A stretch of 64,000 nt of DNA from Takakia lepidozioides (Eukaryota > Plantae > Bryophyta), in assembly GCA_030704615.1 (NCBI GenBank), contig CM060733.1, forward strand, positions 50,530,001 to 50,594,000. The letters are read 5' to 3'. Of this stretch, positions 13,295 through 26,892 are shown in pieces. Below the pieces are notes generated by a model. That model searched no databases, had not been told where the DNA came from, and saw nothing but the letters and a program-made list of their open reading frames with translations. The position numbers and the translations under genes are program-made. The first letter of the stretch is position 1. Each line of letters starts with the position of its first letter.

Positions 13295-14790
13295 CCTCTG
13301 CACCACGAATTTTTCTACAACACAAATCCAAAGCACAACCAGCGATCGAACACCCAGCGACCCGATCCAAACGAGCGAGCAAGCGAGAGAGAGAGAGAGA
13401 GAGAGAGAGAGGACCACCACGTCCCCGTTGAGGTCCCCGTCTTCAGCACTTCGAGGTCTCAATCCACATCCCACTTCCGGAGAATACGAATATCATCCAT
13501 CCCTACTCACAGCTACATCCATTTGATGTTTGAAGTTTAAACGTTTAAACGATCAACTTTCCTCTTCCTCTCCTTCTTCTTCTTCTTGTTCAGCAGCTCA
13601 ACAAACTAAAGCACACAGCGATGGCAGTGATGGCCTGCTCTGATTTCTTCACAATCAAAAGCATTCTAGCAATCAAGCTCACCTTGCATCACATTCCATA
13701 CCCACCAGCCTACCACCACGCTAGAAATGGAGGGCACGCACTACACAAAACTCTCCTGCGACACCACAATTATATGTCATATACCTTTAGTGATGAAGCT
13801 GATCTTTGAGCCAGGTCAATAAGAAACTCGTGCTCACCAAGTTGATAAGAAAAGAGAGAAGTGAGAAAGAAGATGAAAGAATCTGCTAGTGACCGGTTAG
13901 AGCAGTTCGGTCGGTGACACCAACAAAGCAGTTTTCTTTGCTGTGATATTTGAACTGTTTTGCTTTCGACTGGATTGAATGAGCTAGATATTCGAGCTGA
14001 AATACGCATCACATGTCCTACAATTGACAATCAATGTGGCATGAACCCTAAACAAGTCTTTTTGTTGTATAAACAACGGAAAAGAATCCAGTGGTTTAAG
14101 TCTGAATCGTATAATGATCTGCTGAGACAGCAAACAAGTTACATTCGACTCGATTTGGCTCAAGTCCAAGTCATTCCCTCATTTTCATACCACACCCAGA
14201 CATTGCCTGAGAATCAGGGGAAGACGAAGCAGTTCATTAGTCTGATGAGTTACATTGAGACATGCAAAAGAGAGAAAGATACCGCCACAGGCAGAGATAA
14301 GGAATGAAGGCCGTAGATCTCAAATGGGGTGGAGGGATTGGCGCGGTTAAACACCCTGAAGAAAAGTTGTTCACCAGACTCCGGAAAAACAGCAATCATT
14401 CAAGAAACAAAAGGGTAGATTGCCTAGCCATCCTAAAGTACCGATGGAGAAGGAATGATGGACAATGTAGACCCTGAAAGACGGTAGCTCACCAAACTGG
14501 AAAAACCCAGCAAAAGAGACAACATAATATACCAGAGCCAGAGAAGGATAACACAGAATACGAATTGGAGATGTTTTCTACTGATATGCATGCTCTTCTT
14601 ATGAAGAGCACGAGAAAACGAAAGGGCACAGAAATAAGGAGCGCCATGTGCGCTCACAGGAAACTTTCTATGGCGTTCATCTCCTCGAGTACCATCCAAC
14701 TTTCTTAAAATACGCATTCCAAGTCCTGAGCGGGCAATCACAAGAGAAGAACAGCAAAGTTCATCCATCGAGTCGGCTCTCTCGCTCGCT

Positions 14791-14798
14791 AAACCCTA
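14791..14798 (+). promoter_or_regulatory. Telo-box (AAACCCTA) upstream of the SLX9-like gene
   Basis: Exact motif about 160 bp upstream of the ATG; typical of plant ribosome-biogenesis genes. Confidence 0.5.
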
Positions 14799-14951
14799 AC
14801 TTAAACCTCGTCCTTGTACTTGCCTAAATCCTAACTTATCAGTCTCCTATCAGATCCTTGTCCTCTTTTACGGGGTCCCGCTCGGTTGGGGGGGGGTGCG
14901 GTGCGGACAAGAAGCAAGGGAGTCAAGCAAGGGGGTTGCAGAGAACCAGTC

Positions 14952-17073
14952 ATGGTGTGATCACCGTCTCGTCTCTTTTGTTGCCTCACGTTTCGAGAGT
15001 GTGGAAAGCTTAGCACTGATGCGTAGAAAAACGCACATACGATGTTGTGGTTGTAATGTCTGTCCAGACTGAGGGCATGTGTTTCATTCAGCAATTTCTG
15101 TTTTGAAGCTAAAGTCGTGTATGTCGGCATACTCAGAAGATTGGCACCTCCATCAACCTTGGTTGAAAATTCGGTTCCTGCATGCACCATGATCTGCGAG
15201 TCCCTTTTGGAAGTAGTTGGCCAAGTCTCTGGTCGTTTGGAGGAGTGAAGAGCCTGATTGTTGGATTTGAGTTAGGGTTAGTTCTTCTGGCTTGAAAGTC
15301 AGGGTTTCTGAAACAAGGGGGTATGGGGGAGGGCAGGTGAAGAAGAAGACAGCACGCCAGAAGGTGCGGGACAAGGGCTCCAAGGAGGCATCTGCAACAT
15401 CTGTCAAGGTAATGTTGATTGCCTTGCCTGAGGGATCACTGACTTTGTGTGAGAAGTTGGTTATTAAGACTGGACTGTATCTTTTCTGGGTTACGGCGTG
15501 TCTTCCCTCTTGCCGTGTGCGCCACTAAAGTGTTAAGGGCACACAATTCAGGAGGTGTTTTGGGGTGGTCGTCTGTAACTGAGCTGTGAAGTTGGTGGAT
15601 ATTCAGGGAGATGAAGAACGGAGGGAGCCAGATTCAACCAGGTTAGTAATATCGCTCAAACCATCCCTTTTTCTTTGACTTTGGAGCCCAGTTAATCCCT
15701 TTCCCTGCCACACTAATCCAATCATGTTGGATTTCTGATGAGCATATTGTTTGTTGGCTAACTGATCTCCAACTTTTTGTATGCTTCTGAAGGACAGGCA
15801 TCATTGATGATGGAACCATGTCATCTAGAATCTTGAGTTTGTTGCTGTGTATAGCATTTCATAATGAACCCATTGGTCTTATTTTGAAGTTCAGATTTTT
15901 GGTGGAGTACAAGGCATTGACATGTCTAGTCGCCTGGCAGTGAATGGGGTGGTGAAGCTGACCAGGGGTTGAAACCTGAGGATCACACGAGAATTAAGAG
16001 AAAGATGGCGAAGCAGCTCCGTTTCCTCTCGAGTGCGGTTTTAGCTTTTACCTGAGCCCTAGTTGCTGGATACTGGAAATTCTGACTTAGGTTAACCAGT
16101 GAAGGCTGAAAACGGATTTGTAATCAGGATGTCGATGACCAGACTCCCTTTTCCCTGCCACCTGGATTGTTCCTGCAGGCAAAGTTATGATGTGTGCTTG
16201 GGTCATTTTGCTAGTTCATTAGGCCAAAGAGTCTCTTTGCTTGTCCCTGGCTGAATTTTGTGTGCTTTCTCAAGGAAGGAAGAGGAATTTTTTTCAGTTA
16301 CTTTTGGGTTACCTGTAGGCTAGTCAAACTTTTCTGCTCCTGTGTAACTTGAAGCTTGCTATTGTGCAGAGTTGCAAGAAACCCAGCGCATCCTGTCGGC
16401 CACCAAGACCATATCAAAGGTAGGATCAACACACAGACTGTTGAAAGTGCAGAGTAGAGACTTTCCTCTTATTCAAGATCAAACAGTCATAACAATTCTT
16501 CCTTTTTGAACTTTGCAGAAGAGAAAAGGTCGAAGCCGGGTGGGGAAAACACTGAATGATCTATCATCGCTAGCAGAATTTCTACCCTCTATTGGCACAC
16601 AGGCACCAGCTGCAGATGCCAGGCGGGAGGTTAAGATACTGCGAAGCAAAGCCCGACAAAAGATTGTGTATGCTCCACTTACCCATGTCTCCAGCAAATT
16701 CCTAATGCAGTAAATTAATATCGATCATTTAAATCTTAACAGATTGCTGAGCACAGTTGATGATTTTGCTAGTCTTCTGTTTACAAGTGTTGTTCTCTGC
16801 AACCAGAATATTCATCATGATCCTTTTATTCACCTCCACTTTGGGGCTTTTGGCAGGGTGCAAGAGACAAAGCAGTTGGCCGCAGTACTGGGACACCCCC
16901 TATTCCAATCCAACCCCTTCTCTGCTATCCAGCAGCATCTCACTAAAACTCTCCCTCCACCAGCTCCGCCAGTGAAGTCAAAATTGTCAGATCACAGGAT
17001 TGATAAGAAAGATAAAAAGAAACAGAAACAGAGAAGGAAACAGAAAAATGATGCAGAGCGCATGCAAACCTGA
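14952..17073 (+). CDS. SLX9: Ribosome biogenesis protein SLX9/FAM207A-like
   Basis: Phase-consistent exons 14952-14954 (ATG only), 15337-15408, 15607-15641, 15941-16032, 16370-16419, 16519-16667, 16857-17073. They give ..KQLRFLSKLQET..DLSSLAEFLP..ETKQLAAVLGHPLFQSNPFSAIQQHLTKTL, the SLX9 signature. Confidence 0.8.
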
Positions 17074-20000
17074 TGACACAATACTGTCAATCATAAAGTG
17101 CATGTATACGAGGTATCTCCCAGGAGATGTATGAAATGTTAATGTCCTGAGTGTGGTGTATTGTGGGTATCTTTATGTACACTGTTGGACGGACAATCAT
17201 TATTAAATCATTCACCTATCTTTTGAGTGGCTTGGACAGGACAGTTGGGGTGATGATTTTCTGCAGCTGGACAGTCCACCTTCCAGTGAATAGCTGTATG
17301 AGGGTATTGTAGCTATCAAATGCCCACTCATAACAGGTTAAGCAAGCCCAAACAGATCAACGATACATGTTGAGCTTTCCTTGCCTTCCATGTCTTTTCT
17401 CACTGTATGTCCTCACAGGAAAACTCTTTGTTCAGAGCCCAAACAGTAGAGCCTAACAATATGAGCTGTATGTTCCCAACCAATGTTTCCAGTACAACAG
17501 ATCAGTGGGCTACTAAAAACTTTGCATTCCTGATGGTATCTCATTACTCAGTGGAATCCCTGACTCAGGAGTGATAAACTTGCTAGATTCTGTACCTATG
17601 GTTCCCGACTAGTTTAATCCAATAGCATTTCAACAACAGCCAATAAATTGTATACCCCATTTTTTCTCAGAACAGTGGGAAAATTGGTCTGCTTCATCCA
17701 CTTCCAACTACTGAAGAGAAGGATTGTTCTATCCACATATCATTGAAGCATAACCTCCTCTCAAGCTGGGCTAAGGATACCCCTAGGACACCTTACACAG
17801 TTTGACTAAGAAGAGAGCTCCATTGTAATTCCCCTTGGCATCTTCCCCATCATCATTTGCTTCACAGGACACTTAGCTGCACATGCCACATCTCTGGAAG
17901 TCGGCGTCATTGCTGTTATCTAAAGGATTGATACAGTAGTCTCTGTGTGTTTGTCTTGCTAATTCTTTTTTATCTAGGTCAACAGCTCATTGCAAGAAAT
18001 TGGAGACTAGTGACATTCAACTACACATTCATGAGTTTCTTGAATCTGTCGTCTGACATTCAACTATACATTGCACTCCTCTGACAATCTCACCACACTT
18101 GTGAAACTGAAACTTAAAACCTGAAAAATGTCAGCAGAGTCCGTGGTACAATATTAAGTACCTGAGATTTCCAGCAATCTCTCCTTTTGCTCAATGGTCA
18201 AATCTCCTTCTAATTGCAGCGTCATTTGGAGACCATCAGGAGTTGTACCAGCTACACAAACAGTACAAATTTGATTCCACGGTGCTTATAAATTCTGACT
18301 AGGAAACTGTGATGCGGAGACCCTCTACATACAAATACATGCTTAGCCTGGTCCTTCTACATAAAATTCTCAGCGCTTCTAGCATGATTTTCTGCTACAG
18401 CACAGAAGTCCTGGAGAAAGTGTGGAACGTCAATATCGGCTTTTCTGACATGAATGTCAATTATTTTGAGATGGTTGCTAATCCTCAAAGGGGTGGAGGT
18501 GAGAGAGAGAGAGAGAGAAAGCAAGAGAGCCAGAAAGAGGAAAACTTACACCCAACGCCAAGCTCCTGGACCTCCACTCGAATGTGATGCAGTGGCCACT
18601 TCTTTCTGTCTGCATACTGCCCAAGGAATTTCCCAACAATAACAACTGAGAGAAGCCAAGAAGTCTTCACTTATGATCGCCCATGACCTGCTCGCCTTCT
18701 GGGACAAAAGCAGGTAAGATCTATATCTTGGTAGTCCATGAGGATGAATGAGAGGAGGGTTCTACCCCTGAAAATAACAAAACCAACTCTGCACCAAATT
18801 CTGAAGAAGACGATAAAAGAATGGAGCACATACCAACCGTACTGTCATTGAAGTGCACATAGCAAGCCCAGCAAAAGCATAGTCCTTTGGTCTTGATAAA
18901 CCAGTCCCCAAGCCATGGAAACACTATTAGTATTCTGAACCTGACCTTATAGCCCTGATGACTTGCATTCTTCTACTGTTGGGGCGTCTAACTTGCAAAG
19001 AGCTTTGGGCATTTTAAACAGCAATATTGGTCTTGATATCTGTTGTAGAGTTGTTTTGTGTGCACATGCAGCAGACAAGGAATTGAGGTCTGATCTCGCT
19101 ATTTGCTAATTTCTTCCTGATTTCAACCTGTTGACAGCAGTAACCAGTTGAACAAACTAAATCTCCCCAATGCCCTTAGAAGAGAGGGAGAGAGAGAGAG
19201 AGAGAGAACGAGAGAGAGAAACTCTATAACTTCTACAACATCGTGGTAACGGTGGGCGTGTGTGGGTGAGAAGTGTCATACTCAGGTGCGGTGCCGCCAG
19301 CGCCCCATGCAGCGCCGAGGTCGCCCCTGAAGGAATGAGAACCAGAAGTGATGACATGTTGGTAGCGCTCCCCGCTCTGCCAGGCACGCACAGTAGGGGA
19401 CCCCTTCACTCATGAATCATACACTGCCACCCCCCAGGCGATCCGTCCCCAGCATCATCTATGTGCAGCTTGTGGATCGCAGGAAGACCTCAATTTCACC
19501 ATGTAGAAATGATTCCATATCATATCATATGTCTTTCCTATGCCAGCTACTCTTCAATGTTGAACACCTGAATGTGCTGCAGAAGGACTAATCGTGATCT
19601 AAATAGTGCTCATATGATAATGATCTGTAGGCAAGTTCAAGCCTGCGAGCGATGCACTCTCTGCCTGGCCAAATTTGTGACAAAACCACAAACCAGAGAC
19701 ACCTCTGACTGCCCCCTGAAAATCATCAACTCCAGCAACCGAGCTATGATCAATTGTAGTTCTAAAGCCGCCCTGATTCTCAATTGGCAATTCCATCTGA
19801 AAACCACGCGAAATTCATGAATACTGCAGTCGTATCCATCCATTTCAAGTAAACCAACTCTCATAAGAAAAAACCAGCTTCTGAGCTAAACCAATCAAGT
19901 TCCACGGCACCATACCGGATCTTCAGATGCCACCACAGTGTGCAGAGAGCAGGAGCAAGGACTTGGCAGAAAGGGTAGAATTGAGCGGCCGTGATGAAGG

Positions 20001-20948
20001 CGTGCCCTTCCAGACAGGATGGGGCAGCGCAAGCCCGCCTGGCGTACGAGCGTTATAGACGTCATCACTTGCTCCGCTCACAACAGAACCCACATTCAGA
20101 AAGAAGAAGGCTGAATATTGCAACGAAGTACTTAGCATCTCGACTCACCTCACGTCGTCTCCTGAGAAGGTCTTATCCGTCAATTTCTTCACGATCGTTG
20201 GGTAGTATCTGTCTGCCTGCAGAAGATGGATGGTACAAAAACATAGCAGTAAGGAGACGATGAAAACAGTGTCTAATAACCCGAACAAGAGGGGACAATC
20301 TTCACGGAATCCGGTGAACGCGTCAAAGGATCAGGGAGAAGGAGCTGCAAGGAATCACAATGCTTTTTGTGAAGTCGGTCTTTGAGCTGTGGACGAGGAA
20401 GATAAGAATCGGGTAGGCCATACTTACCCTCTCTCTCTCTCTCTCTCTCCCTCTCTCTTCTTCACAACAACGTACATAGATGTTGGGACCAGCTAGAAGA
20501 AAACTTACCGATGACTGGCGCCTGTCACCCCATTGCGAGGGGGTTGCAACACCTGCGGTGTCAATGGTTACAAGCCTAGGGCATCTGTGGATGGCAACGC
20601 TTTGTGTTTCTGAGTACACATTCTAGCACGTTGAGGCTGACAGCAAGTGTTCTTTTCGAGCCATTTTGGAGACTCGAGGAAAGCTAAGGCTATTGAAGGT
20701 GATCTGTCATTGTCGAGCTTGTAGTTTTGCAAACTATCTGCCACCTCGTTTCAGTTTACTTTCTCCAGACACAACCCCTCCATCTTTCCACTCTCGCTGG
20801 TTCTAATGCTGCCTTTGCGAAAACTTCCACCTACTTCAAATCCTAGTAATCTTGTACGCATCCTCTCGGAGTAGTGGTTGCAACTGAATCGTGTCTCTCT
20901 CTTGTCAGACAGCGAGCATCGTAGCAACACACACAGACACAACACATC

Positions 20949-22220
20949 ATGCTCAAGTTTGGGCGTTTGGTGAGAGACGTGGTGCAAGTATTGCGAGGCC
21001 TCCCACCTGACCAGGTGGTGCGCCAGCGCACACTAGCTATTCAGGAACAGCTCAGACGGGTATGAAATCACCTCTTGCCCTCCTCCCCTCTTTCATTCCT
21101 TTGCTGTTTCAGACTAAAGCTCCCCAAATGCTAATAAGAAGCCTGTGGGCATGAAGGGATCTTTGTACCTAGAAGCTTTGCTTTGAGATTTATCTTCCGA
21201 TTCGCCCCATCCTTACCTTCTGCATGAGAATACATATGACATAGTGAATCAACGCCTTCTCTTTGTTGAGGTCTACAACCATCATGGGCCAGGCCAACAA
21301 AAGTGGATCAAAGAATCAGAAACTGAGGATTGACGTCGTGGCCTACCACAGCCTGTGCAAATCTGCTGCAACAGTGGCCTGTCTTCCGGGTTCCAAGACT
21401 TCTGAGATAGTTGTGTTTCTCTCCATTATGTTGAATGTCTTCTAGTTGTTGGAATGTGCCTGTTCAATTGGCTGCCACCTTGATGATCAGTCCGAGAGGG
21501 AGAATAGACCATAATGTGCAATGGGATGAAGCTCCGGGAGCACAGGTTAGCTCAGGAGAAGGAGCTTGAAGCAGCAGCCTTGAAGGACATGCACATGGTG
21601 GTTGGGGAGATGAAGCAGCTTCTCAACAACCTGAATGCAGCGGCATGTAGCTTAACCTATACACTTCCTGGAGAGATGTGTCTTTCTTCTAAAGGAGAAT
21701 CTGTCCTTGCTTCAACTAATAAGAGAAGGGTAGTTATTGATTCCTTCATTATAATCTTCTACCGGTCTTGCAGCTATAACCCCTGCACCCAACTCAGCAC
21801 CTTTGAAGAGGGGAGGCAGAGGAGTGAGGAGGACATTGGGACATCAACTCAAGCAGGGGAAGCAAATTCAGTAGTGTGGATGTAATTAGGTGCCTGACTT
21901 GTCGAAGATAGGTAGTGCCTCATGGAATTGTTGATACTTTCCAGGAGGCGGCTGTTGTGGAATATGTCAACCAAATCGGCGACGAAGCCCAAGCTAAGTT
22001 GGAGGCTCAACTGGAGACAGAGGCAGAAACCATCTTGACAGTGGTATTGAAAAGCCAGCAAACTGTGCTGGAGCTACGAGGAACTGCTAGTGTCGCTGCC
22101 ATTGCTGCTGCATCTCCTTCCCAGGAGGCTCTTCTGGAGTCCGTGTTGGACTCAAATACTTCTGATGTTGCGACGACCACCATCAGCTCTCCAGATCAAA
22201 TAGGGAACACTTCAAACTGA
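20949..22220 (+). other. Orphan or degenerate spliced gene (hypothetical)
   Basis: Exon-like blocks 20949-21059 (MLKFGRLVRDVVQVLRGLPPDQVVRQ.., GT donor), about 21514-21645 and 21945-22220 (EAAVVEYVNQ..). No continuous frame could be assembled. Confidence 0.3.
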
Positions 22221-23311
22221 ATTGTCTGTTTTCCCTTCCTGCGTGGAAAGGATTCAGATTCGGATTCGGGAACAAAGCAGAGCCATTTGTGGTGATTTAA
22301 AGGGCCCGTTCATATGAGATTCAAGGAGACAGCTAGAAAGAGAGGGGTACTACAGTCTGCAAACAAAACCATTAGCCATCAAAATGAAAAGCACTCAGTG
22401 GGCTTTCAACTTTCATTCGCAGGTCAACATGCATCTCTCACCCCCTTTTCGTGAAGGAAGGGCATTTCTACAGATCAGACTTTAAGACAAGAATCCTTCA
22501 CGGATGGCCCCCACTGAAGTTGAGAAAAGCCAAAGGGCAAGAAGCCTCAAAGGTAATGGTAGAGCCCAGAAGCCTGGCTGGCATGTTGAACCAGCCAGGC
22601 CACTGACAGTGCCCTCGCAACAAGCAAGGTTCAAGCTACAGCAAACTGTCTTCTCTTTCGATGAGTATCATATGCTCAGGAAGTCACTGTGTAACTGTGT
22701 AAGTCTGCTTATTCAGCTTCAAGCTGCTTAGTGGTGGGAAATCATGGGACAGGAAAGTTTGATTGGCATGGTATGTATGCATGCAGTCGGAATGGGCCTT
22801 TGACCAATCAGTCATGGTGGGGGGGAGCTGGTTGCATGAAGTGAGTTGCTACCAGTTGAATGCCGGTGAGCTCGAGCTCCAAAATGAGCACAGTTTGGTA
22901 TGAAGGCACAGCTCTCCATCTCCATCTGTCAAACCTTTGTATACCTGTGGCTTGTTGATCGCAGTGCTAAGTCTCAGGCTCGCATAGAGTACATCGAGGG
23001 GCTTGGCCCGCCGTTCATGCAGGCCCATCTCTGACCACACCTGATTTAGTAAACCTCCTCTTCCTTTCCTTCAGTCTGAGACTCAGCTTTTGTCTCTCTC
23101 ACCCAAGCATTGCCATCCCAACCTGACATTGAGCAATCTGAAAGGCCTTGGTCTGTCCAGCTCTTGTGACAGTTTTGAAGGAATTTGTATCCAGCATGCT
23201 CACAGTCACCGTACCAGAAACCACCTTCAAAGTTGCCCGTCTACCTCAATCAATAATAAGCTTGCTACCTTCACAATGGAAATGACACTTTCCTTCATGC
23301 ATGCTGCATAT

Positions 23312-25252
23312 TCACCAATAGTCCCCACAGGAACAAAATCCATCTTGGAAATGGTGAAAACGGTTGGCGTCACGGACAACAACTGTCCGGCCAACAATCT
23401 TTGAGATGAACTTGGTGGCGGCGTGGCAGTCACCACACACGCGAAGGTTCTTGATGACACGGATAGCCGTCCCAGGGGGCGTGCTGATAAGCCCAAACGC
23501 AATGGCTAGCCTCTCACTGTGGTAGCAAAGAGAAAGCTTCTTCTGTTCCTCCTCCAAATCACTCAATACAAAGCGTGTGTCAGGCACATATCCGGCCTCT
23601 TCCATCAGGCCAAATAATCTGTTCAGTTCAGCATGGATTTCCTTGATTTGTGGATGTATATTATCTTCTACCACAAATGCATGCACTGAATTGTTGACCT
23701 CAATGCAGCTCCGCCCTGGTTCCTTCTTGACTCCTCTCTCCTCCATCATCTTTCTTACCTTTGCTTTATCGTCCCACCTACCTGCTGCACCATAGATGTT
23801 TGATAGCAGCACGTAAGCTGCAGGGTGCTGGGGATCCCATTTCACAATCAATTTTGCAGCACGTTCTGCTACGTCTACATTCCCATAAATTCTGCAAGCA
23901 CCCAGCAAGGCCCTCCAAACCTCAGTATCTGGTTTGATTGGCATTTTATTAATCAAGTCCTCTGCCTCATCCAATCTCCCTGCACGGCCTAGAAGATCCA
24001 CCATGCAGCCAAAATGTTCCACTGTAGGTGTAAGGCTGTGATCACGAGTCATGGAAGCGAAGTGGTGGAGGCCTTCATCAACAAGGCCCACATGGCTGCA
24101 TGCAGAGAGAACAGAAACAAAGGTGATTTTGTCTGGCTTCAAGCCTTTATGTTGCATCTGTTTGAAAAGTTGGAGGGCCTCCCTACCACCTCCATGCTGA
24201 GCATATCCTGCAATCATGGCACTCCATGAAATTACATCTCGTTTGACCATTTTGTCAAACACTAGACGTGCATCCATCACACTCCCACATTTGGCATACG
24301 TGTCAACAAGGGTACTCTCCAAATTCATATACGACATAATTCCTGCTTTGATTATGTCAGCATGGACCTGCTTGCTCCTTTCCAGGGCTCCTAGACTGCC
24401 ACATGCATTTAGAATGCCAATGAATGTAACTCTATCAGGCATCACCGACTCCTGTTGCATTTGCTTGTGGATTTCTAGAGCTTCCTCTGCATGCCCATGC
24501 TGGACATAGCCAGCGATCATCGCATTCCATGAGACAACATCTCGTTTAGTCATGTTGTCAAATACTTGTCGTGCATCCTTTACATTGCCGCATTTCCCAT
24601 ACATGTGGACAAGGGAAGTTCCAATAATAACATCTGACTCAATTACAGTTTCAAGGATGTCAGCATGGATACGCTTGCCCATTTCCAATGCTCTTAAGCT
24701 AGCACATGCATTGAGGATGGTGATGTATGTGACCCTGTCGGGCATCACCCCTTCCTGATGCATTTGCTCGTAGATTTTGAAAGCCTCCTCAGCCTGTCCA
24801 TGCTTTGCATATCCTGCCACCATACTAGTCCAAGTGAATATGTCTCGTTGAGGCATTTCCTCAAACACTTTTTGTGCATCCACCATGCTCCCGCATTTGG
24901 CATACATATTGACAAGGCTGTTAAACACAAAACTATTTGGCTTAAATTCACTCCGAATAATCTGCGCATGCACCTGTTTTCCGACTGCTAGTGCTTTTGT
25001 TTTGATGCACTCCTGCAAGAGATAGACATAAGTGATGGAGTCCACCCAAACACCTCTATGGTCCAACATGTGTACAGCCTCTTTCATTCTCCCCTCCTTA
25101 CATAGAGTCCGCACATCCCCAAGAGTGCAACACATAATCTTGTCGATTCCCTCTGTTGGCCCTCTTTCAAAACTGGTGGTCATGTTGGAGGTGCCACCCA
25201 GGCCACCAGTTTGATGTCCAACAAACAATTGACACTGAGTCAACCCTGCCAT
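23312..25252 (-). CDS. PLS-class pentatricopeptide repeat protein, DYW type (organellar C-to-U editing factor)
   Basis: Intronless 646-aa ORF with P/L/S repeats, E motifs, PG box (PGRSCIEV), HSERLA, CGDCH and terminal CSCGDYW. Confidence 0.95.
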   Translation of the reverse strand: MAGLTQCQLFVGHQTGGLGGTSNMTTSFERGPTEGIDKIMCCTLGDVRTLCKEGRMKEAVHMLDHRGVWVDSITYVYLLQECIKTKALAVGKQVHAQIIRSEFKPNSFVFNSLVNMYAKCGSMVDAQKVFEEMPQRDIFTWTSMVAGYAKHGQAEEAFKIYEQMHQEGVMPDRVTYITILNACASLRALEMGKRIHADILETVIESDVIIGTSLVHMYGKCGNVKDARQVFDNMTKRDVVSWNAMIAGYVQHGHAEEALEIHKQMQQESVMPDRVTFIGILNACGSLGALERSKQVHADIIKAGIMSYMNLESTLVDTYAKCGSVMDARLVFDKMVKRDVISWSAMIAGYAQHGGGREALQLFKQMQHKGLKPDKITFVSVLSACSHVGLVDEGLHHFASMTRDHSLTPTVEHFGCMVDLLGRAGRLDEAEDLINKMPIKPDTEVWRALLGACRIYGNVDVAERAAKLIVKWDPQHPAAYVLLSNIYGAAGRWDDKAKVRKMMEERGVKKEPGRSCIEVNNSVHAFVVEDNIHPQIKEIHAELNRLFGLMEEAGYVPDTRFVLSDLEEEQKKLSLCYHSERLAIAFGLISTPPGTAIRVIKNLRVCGDCHAATKFISKIVGRTVVVRDANRFHHFQDGFCSCGDYW

Positions 25253-26892
25253 CCTGCATGGGTAGAAACTCCACGGTGTGAATTTGGGTCAAATGTATCC
25301 GAGCTTTAGATACTACAAAGAAAGATCTCCTCAAGAGTACATGCTTTGGCTGAGTTCTCATCCGGTTACAACACACTGCAGTCATCTGCAAGGAAATTAA
25401 AGTGTGGTAATTCAATCTGCATGACGTTGGAACCTTTGAATCATCATCCATAAAACAATACCCGTTGAATCCTTCGCCTGAAGGCCTATGCTGCATATGC
25501 AAATTAGAACCATCACCGGATTGTGTTCGACCTTCTATCACAGAAGGAAGCTCTGTTTGCACCCCAGGAGGATTCAACCGCCTTCCCATCCATAGGGCCT
25601 CCTTTCTATGCTTAAGTTTGAATTCCGGATAATTTGCACTCATCTGCGAAAACCACCGGTTGCTCAGTTTGCAACAATCGACAAGGGCTAAAGACTACAA
25701 AGCATCTTTCGAATCAGGGGCAAACAAGGAACTTTCAAGCCAGGCTTAGCAAGGAAAGACATCCCACACACGATTCTGCAGCTAACAAGCCGCAAAAGCA
25801 ATTGAAGAGTACGCCAAAAATCAACGTACTACCTTCAGTGCACTCCTTTGCAAAACCCTTCGTGTCCGTAGTAGTCTCACCTTCACAAACGTGTTCTTCC
25901 ACAACGGTGAAGGATCTGGAAGGAACTCCTTCCAGATTTGTCCTCCTCTCATTGTTTAACGTGTGTGACACAGACCACGAGAACATGACATCGTTGCCAG
26001 CTTCCGACGGTCCGCATCTATACTGAAAAATCCTCACTTGGTATGCGTGATGATAGACGACGATCCAGGAAACGATCTACAAGAACTACTTCTCTCCATT
26101 CACAGCTCACAGCGACTCCATTGCTCCCATCATCTCTTTCTTTGAAGCTTGGATTTGACCTAACTCAACTCATTTTCATTCTGAGCTTGCAACAATCTGA
26201 AAACTAAGATTAGCTGTGTGTTGACGTTTCATGTTTTGAGAGGACGTAGCTGTGTTTGGATGCATGTTGGTTTCTACTTTGTACCAAAGAAGTTTGTGAG
26301 CATTCAATCTCTCCAAGCTACAGTGCTTCCGCATGATCGTACAAACATGGAAGCTGTGTTCAATCACTTGATCATTCAAGGAAATTCAGACTTCGATATC
26401 TGGATTCAATCGACAAAGAGATGTGGCAGGAAAAGTGCTTGGAGGACATCAAAACAAAGACTAAGTAAGCAGGCCTACGTTGGATGCAGTGCCCCATGAA
26501 GTAGCTGAGAATAAGCAGCTTCTTGAAAGACAGTAGTATCTCCCAATTTTCTATTCAAAGGCAATAGAAATGATCTGGTGGGTCCAATTCCTACATGTTG
26601 GGTGCTCAACAGCTCATATCCTGACATTGCTTGTTATTCATCTGCCTTTTTTGAGGGGAGATGGTGTGGATCAACCTGTACAGTTCCCAAACCCCCCTGG
26701 GAGAATGTGGCATTCCAGTACTTCACTTGCTGTGGCACCTGACTATGGGAAGAATTTTGTGGTTTAATTGAGGAAAGAATCACAGAAGTATACACTGTAC
26801 AAGTCTGAGTTGATCAAAGCAACAAGTGGAGCCTACTGGATTAATCCTGAATTGAAGGACCTTCCTCTAGCTACCAGTCTTCAAGACACCTC

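Noticed and set aside
12654-13526. 290-aa + strand ORF
   Set aside because: Antisense shadow of NUDT19 exon 1 that runs through a GA microsatellite; no domain features.
13790-13890. EVRKKMKE resembling a PPR E-domain end
   Set aside because: Too short and interrupted by stops to support.
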